DNA from: an uncultured Planctomycetales bacterium
Lineage (GTDB): Bacteria; Omnitrophota; Gorgyraeia; Gygaellales; Profunditerraquicolaceae
Length of the DNA stretch: 48,277 nucleotides
Assembly: GCA_964645795.1 (NCBI GenBank)
Contig: CAZYCL010000005.1
Location: 124,771-173,047, forward strand
Direction: 5' to 3'
Shown here: positions 1 to 10,490 of the stretch, one piece after another
How the letters are laid out: every line of letters begins with the position of its first letter
Position numbering within the stretch: the stretch's first letter is position 1
Notes under the pieces: generated by a model
The model's database searches: none
Seen by the model: only the letters and a program-made list of their open reading frames with translations
Told to the model about the DNA's origin: nothing
Position numbers and translations under genes: made by a program

Positions 1-22
1 CGGGAGAACCGGCCGAGTTTAA

Positions 23-97
23 TGTCCCCAACCGGATTTGAACCGGTGTCGAGAGCTTGAAAAGCTCTTGTCCTAGACCAGGCTAGACGATGGGGAC
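23..97 (-). tRNA. tRNA-Glu (anticodon TTC), CCA not encoded
   Basis: Reverse complement GTCCCCATCGTCTAGCCTGGTCTAGGACAAGAGCTTTTCAAGCTCTCGACACCGGTTCAAATCCGGTTGGGGACA folds as a cloverleaf: acceptor GTCCCCA/TGGGGAC, anticodon stem AGAGC/GCTCT with loop TTTTCAA, T-loop TTCAAAT. Confidence 0.95.
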
Positions 98-336
98 TGT
101 CTTTCAATCAAACCTATCAAATAACCCTTGTCTTTACGACGCTTAATTTCGTTTTCTCGTTTGCGCTCTTCGGTTCGGGTTTTAAACTCTTCTTTGTAAA
201 TAACCTTGAGCGGTCCTTTATGCTTTGTGGATCTAACGCTATTCTGATTGTGCCTTTTTAGTCTTGCCTCTAAATCTTCGCAGCTGCCCGTATAATGCCA
301 GCCGTCTTGATTTGCCAAAACATATACGTAATACAT
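73..336 (-). CDS. Small GIY-YIG nuclease family protein (UPF0213-like), 87 aa; last 8 codons overlap the tRNA-Glu 5' end
   Basis: YYVYVL...WHYTGSCEDLEARLKRHN...RSTK...EEF...KRENEIK matches the GIY-YIG pattern (two Tyr-containing strands, conserved Arg, His-Asn and Glu). Confidence 0.85.
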   Translation of the reverse strand: MYYVYVLANQDGWHYTGSCEDLEARLKRHNQNSVRSTKHKGPLKVIYKEEFKTRTEERKRENEIKRRKDKGYLIGLIERQSPSSSLV

Positions 337-352
337 TTATGTCGAGAGCTTG

Positions 353-421
353 TCCCGGCACCCTAGTTTTTTTATTCTAGGGCCGGGATCCCGCCGCCTG
401 AACCGATCTGGGGCTGCGGGA
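353..421. repeat. Tandem pair of TCCCG...CGGGA mini inverted-repeat elements (36 and 33 bp)
   Basis: 353-388 tcccggcaccctag-T-rich-ctagggccggga and 389-421 tcccgccgcc...ggggctgcggga, inserted in the anticodon loop of the tRNA copy. Confidence 0.9.
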
Positions 422-446
422 AAAAGCTCTTGTCCTAGACCAGGCT

Positions 447-506
447 TCCCGCCAGGCCATCATATAGAGGGCGGGATCCCGCTCGCTATCCAATAGCCTA
501 GCGGGA
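447..506. repeat. Tandem pair of TCCCG...CGGGA mini inverted-repeat elements (30 and 30 bp)
   Basis: 447-476 tcccgcc...ggcggga and 477-506 tcccgct...agcggga, inserted between tRNA nt 13 and 14. Confidence 0.9.
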
Positions 507-526
507 AGACGATGGGGACTATATAT

Positions 527-2959
527 TTACTCTTCCTCTTCGGCGATCACATGCGCCACACAGGAAACCCTATCTTTATCAGCTATCTTGATCAGGCGCA
601 CTCCCTGGGCAGAACGTCCGGTTTCCCGTATATCCTTTACCGCACACCTCAAGAACATGCCATTCTGGGTGATCACCATCAACTCGTCATTATCGGTGAC
701 GGGCTTAAGATTTACTGCCTCACCGTTTTTGTCGGTCACTTTGATATTAATAATGCCTTTGCCGCCGCGGCTGGTCAGGCGATACTCTTGGGCGAGCGTG
801 CGCTTGGCAAATCCGCGCTCCGTAACCGTTAAGATCGATGAGTCTTTGCTTACAAGGATCATGTCGATAACCTGGTCTTTTTTTGCCAAAGAAATGCCCC
901 TTACGCCTCCTGCCCCCCTGCCCATATCCCGGACTTTGACTTCGGAAAACCTGACGGCTTTTCCTTGACGGGTAGCAATCAAGAGCTCCTGCTTGCCGTC
1001 GGTAAGTTCGACTCCGACCAGGGCATCGTCCTTGTCCAGGCTTATTCCGATGATCCCGCCTTTGCGAGGATTGCCGTAGGCGTCCAGCTTGGTCTTTTTG
1101 ATCTTGCCGGTGCGGGTGACCATGACCAGGAACTTGTCCGGGGAAAACTCTTTTACCGGAATAGTGGAGCTGATTTTTGCCCCGGCTTCCATATGAACGA
1201 GGTTTACGATAGCCTTACCCTTGGAGGCGCGACCGGCCTGAGGGATCTCATAGACCTTAAGCCAATGCACCTGCCCCTTATCGGTAAATATCAACAGGTG
1301 ATCCTTGGTGGAGGCAACGAAGAGGTGCTCGACGAAATCCTCCTCCTTCACTTCCGCCCCTGTCACGCCTTTTCCGCCGCGCTTCTGTTTGCGGTAAGAC
1401 GACACCGGCAGACGCTTTATGTAGCCGCCGTGGCTGATGGTGACAACCACGTCTTCTTCGGCGATCAGGTCTTCCACTTCCAGCTCCGCGACCTCTCCTA
1501 CTATATCGGTGCGGCGCTCATCCCCATACTTCTTCTTCAGGTTTTCCAGCTCATCCTTAATAATGGCTTCTATCTTCTTCTCGGAGGCCAGTATCGCCCG
1601 GCACAGTTCTATTTTTTTCAAAAGCTCTGCGTATTCGGCGTCGATCTTGTCCCGCTCAAGCGCGGTAAGCCGCTGAAGCTGCATCTCCAGTATCGCCTGG
1701 GCCTGGATCTCCGAAAGATCGAACTCCTTAACAAGGTTTTTACGCGCGTCGTCCGTGCTCTTGGACGTCTTAATGGTCTTGATGATCTTATCTATGAACT
1801 TAAGGGCTATCTTTAGCCCTTCCAGGATGTGAGCCCGTTTTAGCGCCTTATCCAGCTCAAACTGCGTCCTGCGCCTGATGATGACCTTGCGGTGCTCAAC
1901 ATAAGCCTGCAGCATCTGGTGCAGATTGAGTACTTTGGGCCGGTTGTCAACGAGCGCCAGCATTATGACTCCGAAGGTTGTTTCCAGTTGTGTGTGCTTA
2001 AAAAGAAGGTTGAGTACTATCTGCGGCTCGGTGTCGCGTTTAAGCTCAACTACAATGCGCAGGCCGTCTTTGTCAGACTCGTCGCGTATATCGGATATTC
2101 CTTCCAGTTTTTTATCGTCGACCAGCTCGGCTATCGCTTCGATGATCGAGGCCTTTTGCACCTGATAGGGTATCTCGGAGATGACTATCAGGTCTTTGCC
2201 GTTCTTCTGGTGCTCTATCGTGGCCTTGGCCCTTACCGTAAGCTTTCCTCTGCCCGTGGTATAAGCATCCTTGATCCCTCCTTTGCCGCAGATAATGCCG
2301 CCGGTGGGGAAATCCGGCCCCTTAACGTGGCGCATCAGATCCTTTATTGGTGCTTCGGGATTATCCAAGAGGTAAATAGTGGCGTCGGCTACCTCATTTA
2401 AATTGTGCGGAGGGATATTGGTGGCCATGCCTACGGCTATGCCGCTTGAGCCGTTGACCAGCAGGTTAGGCAGGGCCGCGGGCAATAGCAGCGGCTCCTT
2501 CAAAGAGGCATCAAAGTTCGGCCCGAAGTTGACGGTTTCTTTATCGATATCCTCCAGCATCGCCTCGGAGATCGCTGCCAGTCGCGCTTCCGTATAGCGC
2601 ATCGCCGCTGCCGTGTCGCCGTCGATCGAACCGAAGTTACCCTGACCGTCAACCAAGGGATAGCGCAAAGAGAAATCCTGGGCCATCCTTACCAAAGTAT
2701 CGTATACCGCCACATCGCCGTGGGGATGATATTTGCCCAGGACCTCGCCGACGATACGGGCGCACTTCTTAAAAGGTTTGGAGTGGTCCAGGTTTAACTC
2801 CTGCATGGCGTAAAGGATCCTGCGGTGCACGGGCTTCAAGCCATCGCGCACATCCGGAAGCGCCCTGCCTACGATTACGCTCATGGCGTAATTAAGATAG
2901 GAGTCCTTGACCTCCTCTTCGATATAAACCGGGATTATCTTTTCGTTTCGCGTATACAT
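527..2959 (-). CDS. gyrA: DNA gyrase subunit A
   Basis: [30 protein letters not shown] (catalytic Tyr), GyrA-box QKRGGKG and C-terminal beta-pinwheel repeats; start placed at ATG 2959 (MYTRNEK) because the ORF-track extension runs into a repeat. Confidence 0.98.
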   Translation of the reverse strand: MYTRNEKIIPVYIEEEVKDSYLNYAMSVIVGRALPDVRDGLKPVHRRILYAMQELNLDHSKPFKKCARIVGEVLGKYHPHGDVAVYDTLVRMAQDFSLRYPLVDGQGNFGSIDGDTAAAMRYTEARLAAISEAMLEDIDKETVNFGPNFDASLKEPLLLPAALPNLLVNGSSGIAVGMATNIPPHNLNEVADATIYLLDNPEAPIKDLMRHVKGPDFPTGGIICGKGGIKDAYTTGRGKLTVRAKATIEHQKNGKDLIVISEIPYQVQKASIIEAIAELVDDKKLEGISDIRDESDKDGLRIVVELKRDTEPQIVLNLLFKHTQLETTFGVIMLALVDNRPKVLNLHQMLQAYVEHRKVIIRRRTQFELDKALKRAHILEGLKIALKFIDKIIKTIKTSKSTDDARKNLVKEFDLSEIQAQAILEMQLQRLTALERDKIDAEYAELLKKIELCRAILASEKKIEAIIKDELENLKKKYGDERRTDIVGEVAELEVEDLIAEEDVVVTISHGGYIKRLPVSSYRKQKRGGKGVTGAEVKEEDFVEHLFVASTKDHLLIFTDKGQVHWLKVYEIPQAGRASKGKAIVNLVHMEAGAKISSTIPVKEFSPDKFLVMVTRTGKIKKTKLDAYGNPRKGGIIGISLDKDDALVGVELTDGKQELLIATRQGKAVRFSEVKVRDMGRGAGGVRGISLAKKDQVIDMILVSKDSSILTVTERGFAKRTLAQEYRLTSRGGKGIINIKVTDKNGEAVNLKPVTDNDELMVITQNGMFLRCAVKDIRETGRSAQGVRLIKIADKDRVSCVAHVIAEEEE

Positions 2960-2961
2960 TG

Positions 2962-3039
2962 AATGAGGCCGCAACGCTTTGCTAAACCCAGCAAGGCGTT
3001 GTATGGCCTAATTAATCCCGCCGAGGCTACGAGGCGGGA
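2962..3039. repeat. Composite palindromic element: 52-bp AATGAGGCC...GGCCNAATT hairpin plus a 24-bp TCCCG...CGGGA hairpin
   Basis: Ungapped 37/52 match to 15229-15280 with compensatory stem changes; both copies are followed 2 nt later by TCCCG...CGGGA (here 3016-3039). Confidence 0.8.
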
Positions 3040-3046
3040 TGTGCCC

Positions 3047-5786
<2,740 letters not shown>

Positions 5787-5795
5787 TTCATCCGT

Positions 5796-6887
5796 TTAAT
5801 TCAGGCGCATAGGAAGAACTATATAAATATAGCCGTTGGTCCGGATTACGCCTGGCTTTTCACCGTCCGTTACTTCGACTTCGACGCTTTCGTCTTTCAG
5901 GCTCTTGAGAACATCCATGAGGTAGTTGGGGTTAAACCCGATTACCATCTCTTTGCCCTGATAATCTACCTCAACCTCTTCGCGAGACTCCCCGATATCC
6001 GGCGTGGATTTAGAGACTACCAGCTTGTTTTTAAAAATCTCCAGCCTTACAGCCTGATAGTCGGGGGTAGACAAAAGGGCCGCTCTTTTTATGGTAAGCA
6101 AAAGCTGGCTTCTGTTGGTGCGGATCCTGTTCTCCGAGGCCGCCGGGATCACCTGTTTATAATCCGGGAATTCACCCTCGATCAGGCGGGAGATTATTAC
6201 CACCTGGCCGAGGTCAAAGAGTATCTGGTTGTGACCTAAAACCAGCGAGAGCTCCCCTTCTTCTTTTAGATTCCGATTTAACTCATGAATAGTTTTAATG
6301 GGAACGATTAAAAGAAGGTCTTTGTCGGTGTCCTGTTTTAGTTTTTTTTCTGAAATAGCCAGCCTTTTCCCATCGGTAGCAACGAGCGTTATTGTATTTT
6401 TACTGATCTTAAATAATATTCCGCTTAAAATATAGCGGGTTTCGTCGATAGATACCGCGAAAGACGTAAGCTCCAACATTTGTTTAAGCAGGCCTTGATC
6501 GATCTTAATGACCTCTTTATCTTTAAACTCCGGCACCTTGGGAAACTCTTCTGAGCTCAACCCCATAATCTTGAATTGGCAGGCCTCGGTTTCAATTATC
6601 ACCGAATTGTTCTTTTTGGTCGATATCTCAATCTTGTCCGCGGGTAACTCTTTGACAATATCACTAAACCGTTTGGCGGGAACCGTAATTGCACCCTGCT
6701 CCTGGATATCAACGGGTATTACACAGGTTATACCTATATCGAGATCGGTTGCAGTAAGTTTTAAATTGCTTTTATAGGTTTCAATTAATATATTAGAAAG
6801 AATAGGTAAGGAAGATTTGGATGTAATGATGTTATAGACGGTTTGTATTCCTCCAAGGATGTCTTGTTTATCCACAGTTATTTTCAT
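5796..6887 (-). CDS. dnaN: DNA polymerase III beta sliding clamp
   Basis: LPILSNILI, ATDLDI, VATDGKRLA, SRLIEGEFPDY, IGFNPNYL, C-terminal VLPMRL; follows dnaA. Confidence 0.97.
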   Translation of the reverse strand: MKITVDKQDILGGIQTVYNIITSKSSLPILSNILIETYKSNLKLTATDLDIGITCVIPVDIQEQGAITVPAKRFSDIVKELPADKIEISTKKNNSVIIETEACQFKIMGLSSEEFPKVPEFKDKEVIKIDQGLLKQMLELTSFAVSIDETRYILSGILFKISKNTITLVATDGKRLAISEKKLKQDTDKDLLLIVPIKTIHELNRNLKEEGELSLVLGHNQILFDLGQVVIISRLIEGEFPDYKQVIPAASENRIRTNRSQLLLTIKRAALLSTPDYQAVRLEIFKNKLVVSKSTPDIGESREEVEVDYQGKEMVIGFNPNYLMDVLKSLKDESVEVEVTDGEKPGVIRTNGYIYIVLPMRLN

Positions 6888-7020
6888 GCCTATCTCCTTC
6901 TATTAATTAATTTAATAAAAATCGTGGTAGAAGTAATGATTAAAATTATATCTAATAAGCCCCGATCTTATTTATACAAAAGCACTTAGTTAAATATATG
7001 CTTGTTAACATCCGGTTATT
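6868..7020. other. oriC: Predicted oriC unwinding region (dnaA-dnaN intergenic)
   Basis: Very AT-rich; perfect DnaA box TTATCCACA at 6868-6876, near box TTATACAAA at 6972-6980, DnaA-trio-like tract TGGTAGAAGTAATGAT at 6925-6940; gene orientation diverges around this locus. Confidence 0.75.
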
Positions 7021-8352
7021 TCACTGTTTGATTATCTGAATTACCCTTTCCACCCTTTCATTCAGACCGGGGTTGGTTTTTATGTCTTCCTTGATTTTGT
7101 TATAAGAATGCAGAACGGTAGTATGGTCTTTGCCACCGAAGTATTTTCCAATCTCTGGCAGGGAAAGGTCGGTCAACTCCCGGCTTAGGTACATCGCTAT
7201 CTGTCTGGGCAAGACCACTGTTTTGTTGCGGCGCTTAGTCTTAAGCTCCGCCAAGCTTATAGCGAACTCTTCAACAACACATCGCTGAATAAAATCCACC
7301 GTAATAAGTTTTTTGGGTTCCCTCAACAGGTCCCGCAGGACTTCTTTGGTCAGGTCCAGGGTTATGGGTTTTTCCTCCAATAGAGAATAGGCTATAGTGC
7401 GTATAAGCGCGCCCTCCAATTCCCTGATGTTGGTCTTTATTAATTGCGCAATGAAGAATATTACATCGTCGGGCACCGAGACTGGTTCCCGCTCGATCTT
7501 TTTCTTTAAAATGGCTACGCGGGTTTCGAGGTCCGGAGGTTGAAGGTCGGTAGTAAGCCCCCAGCCGAATCGGGAAACCAGGCGCTCCTGCAGATTGGCG
7601 ATCTCTTTGGGAGGCCTGTCAGAAGAAAAGACTATCTGCTTATGCGCATCATAAAGAGTGTTAAAGGTGTGAAAGAACTCTTCTTGGGTCGACTCCTTGC
7701 CTGCGATGAAGTGTATATCGTCTATTACCAGAATATCGGCGTTTCTGTACTTCTGTCTGAAGGCGGCGGTGGAATGATGCTGTATGGCATCGATAAGCTC
7801 ATTGGTGAAACGCTCCGAAGATATATAGCAGATCTTCTGCAAAGGATTTTTCGCGCGCACATGATGGCATATGGCCTGAATAAGATGGGTTTTGCCCAGC
7901 CCCACCCCGCCATATATAAAAAGCGGGTTATAGGCCTTGGCAGGAGTATCGGCCACTGCCATAGAATAGGCAAACGCGTGCCTGTTCGAGGAGCCGATCA
8001 CAAAATTTTCGAAAGTATACCGCGGATTGAGCGCCTGCGAGCCGATCGACTCGGTAGCCGTTAGCTTGGGTTCATATGGCACCGGGTTATTTAAAAGAAC
8101 CGGGTCCTTGCGGGAGGTGACTACAAAGCTTACCCCGGTGCTGGCCCCGCAGGCACGGGACAGGATCTCTTCTATGGGCTGGCGATAGTGCTTCTCTACC
8201 CAATCCTTGAAGAAGCTGTCAGGCGCTTCCAGGCCCAGGCAGCCATCTTTCGACTCAGCTCTTAAGGGCTGAATCCAGGTCTGATAGGCCATATCGCCAA
8301 GCTTATTCTTAAGGTCGCTTTTTGCCTGCTCCCAGGCAGCCAGAACATCCAT
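7021..8352 (-). CDS. dnaA: Chromosomal replication initiator DnaA
   Basis: LNPRYTFENFVIG, YNPLFIYGGVGLGKTHL, IDDIHF, QEEFFHTFN, NIRELEGAL, GGKDHTTVLH. Confidence 0.99.
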   Translation of the reverse strand: MDVLAAWEQAKSDLKNKLGDMAYQTWIQPLRAESKDGCLGLEAPDSFFKDWVEKHYRQPIEEILSRACGASTGVSFVVTSRKDPVLLNNPVPYEPKLTATESIGSQALNPRYTFENFVIGSSNRHAFAYSMAVADTPAKAYNPLFIYGGVGLGKTHLIQAICHHVRAKNPLQKICYISSERFTNELIDAIQHHSTAAFRQKYRNADILVIDDIHFIAGKESTQEEFFHTFNTLYDAHKQIVFSSDRPPKEIANLQERLVSRFGWGLTTDLQPPDLETRVAILKKKIEREPVSVPDDVIFFIAQLIKTNIRELEGALIRTIAYSLLEEKPITLDLTKEVLRDLLREPKKLITVDFIQRCVVEEFAISLAELKTKRRNKTVVLPRQIAMYLSRELTDLSLPEIGKYFGGKDHTTVLHSYNKIKEDIKTNPGLNERVERVIQIIKQ

Positions 8353-8363
8353 TCGCTAAAGCC

Positions 8364-8405
8364 CCATTAACAGATTATTAACAGAGTGAATAATACTGTG
8401 GAAAA
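8364..8405. promoter_or_regulatory. DnaA-box cluster in the dnaA leader
   Basis: TTATTAACA 8375-8383, AGTGAATAA 8385-8393 and TGTGGAAAA 8397-8405 (matches TTWTNCACA on the minus strand), plus a weak copy at 8364; spaced 10-12 bp apart. Confidence 0.75.
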
Positions 8406-8440
8406 CTATCGCCGTGAGTTTTTTCAAAAAGATGCCCACC

Positions 8441-8468
8441 ATTATAGCAAAGTCAAAAGGGTTTGCAA
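8441..8468 (-). promoter_or_regulatory. Sigma70-type promoter for dnaA
   Basis: Minus strand TTGCAA-16 nt-TATAAT with TGn extended -10. Confidence 0.6.
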
Positions 8469-8540
8469 GCAAAAAGATTTCTTCGCTGCGGCGCGTCTAA
8501 GGGCCGGGCCCGATCTCGGCGGCATTTATAATATTAAAGG

Positions 8541-8568
8541 TTGACTTGTAATGAAATTGTGTTATAAT
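8541..8568 (+). promoter_or_regulatory. Sigma70-type promoter for the rpmH-yidD-yidC operon
   Basis: TTGACT-16 nt-TATAAT with TGn extended -10. Confidence 0.65.
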
Positions 8569-8603
8569 TTCCAACATTCTACTAAAAGCAGAGGAGACCA
8601 GCC

Positions 8604-8741
8604 ATGAAAAAAAACATAAAAACCCCCACCCTGATCAAAGGCAAAAGGAGCCAGGGTTTCCGCAGCAGAATGGCTTCTGCGGGCGGGCGTAAGACCATTT
8701 CCCGTCGACGGAGAAAAGGTAGAAAGAAACTAAGCTTTTAA
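8604..8741 (+). CDS. rpmH: 50S ribosomal protein L34 (45 aa; absent from the ORF track)
   Basis: Hand translation [45 protein letters not shown]; GAGGAG RBS; divergent from dnaA. Confidence 0.93.
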   Translation: MKKNIKTPTLIKGKRSQGFRSRMASAGGRKTISRRRRKGRKKLSF

Positions 8742-8956
8742 TGCTAAAAAGGACGCTTATTGTCTTGATTTCGCTTTATCAGGGCTCAATCAGGCATTTA
8801 TTTCCCGCGGCCTGCCGCTTTGAGCCTAGCTGTTCCGAGTTTGCCAAACAAGCCATATTGAAGTACGGGGTTTTTAAGGGTGGGCTTAAAGCAGTTGTCC
8901 GTTTGTGCCGCTGTCACCCCTGGTCCGGATCTTCGGGTTATGACCCGCTAATTTAA
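8741..8956 (+). CDS. yidD: Membrane protein insertion efficiency factor YidD
   Basis: CRFEPSCSEFA...KYGVFKGG...RLCRCHPW...GYDP; TAATG coupling to rpmH. Confidence 0.95.
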   Translation: MLKRTLIVLISLYQGSIRHLFPAACRFEPSCSEFAKQAILKYGVFKGGLKAVVRLCRCHPWSGSSGYDPLI

Positions 8957-8966
8957 AAGGATGTTT

Positions 8967-10490
8967 ATGGAAAAAAGATTAATTCTCACTATTACCTTAT
9001 CATTGCTTGTCTTATTTTTTTGGTCCTCGTTTATATCAAAGTCATATCATGTTGAACAGCAGCAAGTTACAACTAAAATTGGTTTAATCAATGAGGCCAT
9101 AGTTATGCCCCCCTCCGCCCCTGTCAGGGCTCAGGATTTGGCTGCTGCCGCATGCAATCCTCTTGATTTCAAACTAAAGATGTTTGACCTGGTATTCAAC
9201 GAAGAAGAAGCCTCGATCAAGGAGGTGACCTTTAAAGAGCATAAAAATTATAGATTTGTGCTCGGACACAGCCTTCTTTTAAGCGACCTGCAGCCGGCCT
9301 TTAAAAAGCTCTCCGCGGACCCTCGAAACATCAGCTTCGTTTACTCTGACGGGCAAAAAAGGATCACCAAAAAGTTTTCTTTTTCCGGCGACGCCTTTGA
9401 CTTTTGGCTTAGCATTATCATTGAGAACACCAGCCCCTCTCCTCTTAAATTATCCCTTCCGCTGGAAGTAGGCGAGCTCGATTTTTCAGACCAGGCTCAC
9501 GCTCAATTCCTTGACATGGTAGTTAGCGAGGCTGATAAAGTAAAACATTTTAATGGCAGGAAGGAGATGCTTTTTAATAACGTATCCTTTGGCGGCATCA
9601 GGGATAAATATTATTGTGCTGTGGTGGATGTTCAAGGCGATATGTATGGCGGTCAAGTATTGAAGATTAATGGCAAAATGTCCAAACTGATCCTTAGATC
9701 ACAAGAAATGGTTATCCTCCCACAGGAGAGTCTTGAGAAAAAATACCATATTTATTTGGGGCCACAAGATTTACAGATATTAACCAAGATAAACCCCTAC
9801 TGGTCCGGCTTAGTAAATTATGGAACATTTGATGCTATTTCTCATATCTTACTGCAATTACTTGAATTTATACATAAATTCATTCCTAATTGGGGATGGT
9901 CAATAATCTTTTTGAGTGTTGCTGTTTATTTTTTACTTTATCCTTTGACTCTCAAGCAGATGCGTTCAATGAAAGAGATGCAGGCGCTCCAGCCGCGCAT
10001 CGAAGCCTTGAAGGCTCAATATAAAGATAATCCGCAAAAGCTAAACAAAGAGATTATGGAGCTTTACCGGGAGCATAAAGTTAACCCTCTCGGCGGGTGC
10101 CTTCCCCTTGTTTTACAAATGCCCATATTTTTTGCTTTGTATCAGACTTTAATGCGTTCTATTGTTTTAAAAGGCGCCGATTTCCTATGGATAAAAGATC
10201 TCTCTGAGCCTGACAGATTGTTCCTTTTGCCCAATTCCCTGCCTTTTATTGGTAACGAGATTAATTTGCTGCCCGTTGTGATGGCAGGCGGGATGTTCTT
10301 TCAACAAAAAATCTCCATGAGCAGCGCTGCCGTCGGCACTGCCGCTGAACAGCAAAAACTGATGACCGTGCTGTTCCCTGTCTTATTTTGTGCTATTTTT
10401 TACCACATGCCATCCGGCTTGGTTCTTTACTGGTTGATTAACAGCATTCTCAGCATCAGTTTTCAAATTAAAACGAACAGGTCAAAATGA
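8967..10490 (+). CDS. yidC: Membrane protein insertase YidC
   Basis: N-terminal TM, periplasmic domain, NWGWSII, PLTLKQMRSM, NPLGGCLP, PSGLVLYW; alternative start at 8961. Confidence 0.96.
   Translation: MEKRLILTITLSLLVLFFWSSFISKSYHVEQQQVTTKIGLINEAIVMPPSAPVRAQDLAAAACNPLDFKLKMFDLVFNEEEASIKEVTFKEHKNYRFVLGHSLLLSDLQPAFKKLSADPRNISFVYSDGQKRITKKFSFSGDAFDFWLSIIIENTSPSPLKLSLPLEVGELDFSDQAHAQFLDMVVSEADKVKHFNGRKEMLFNNVSFGGIRDKYYCAVVDVQGDMYGGQVLKINGKMSKLILRSQEMVILPQESLEKKYHIYLGPQDLQILTKINPYWSGLVNYGTFDAISHILLQLLEFIHKFIPNWGWSIIFLSVAVYFLLYPLTLKQMRSMKEMQALQPRIEALKAQYKDNPQKLNKEIMELYREHKVNPLGGCLPLVLQMPIFFALYQTLMRSIVLKGADFLWIKDLSEPDRLFLLPNSLPFIGNEINLLPVVMAGGMFFQQKISMSSAAVGTAAEQQKLMTVLFPVLFCAIFYHMPSGLVLYWLINSILSISFQIKTNRSK

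Larger units (their letters stand above)
340..520 (-). pseudogene. Truncated duplicate of the tRNA-Glu 5' part (nt 1 to about 49), interrupted by four hairpin insertions
   Basis: Removing 353-421 and 447-506 leaves 52 bp identical to 47-98; no T-arm or 3' acceptor strand follows. Confidence 0.9.

Noticed and set aside
340-520. Group I intron or archaeal-type intron in tRNA-Glu
   Set aside because: The inserts are only 30-69 bp with no ribozyme core or bulge-helix-bulge visible, and the interrupted copy lacks the T-arm and 3' acceptor strand, so splicing out the hairpins would not give a tRNA.
512-2597. Long plus-strand ORFs opposite gyrA (e.g. 965-1816, 1892-2401)
   Set aside because: Antisense shadows of a highly conserved gene with no recognisable motifs; the same applies to 19681-20490, 39913-41091 and the many other overlapping ORFs in the track.
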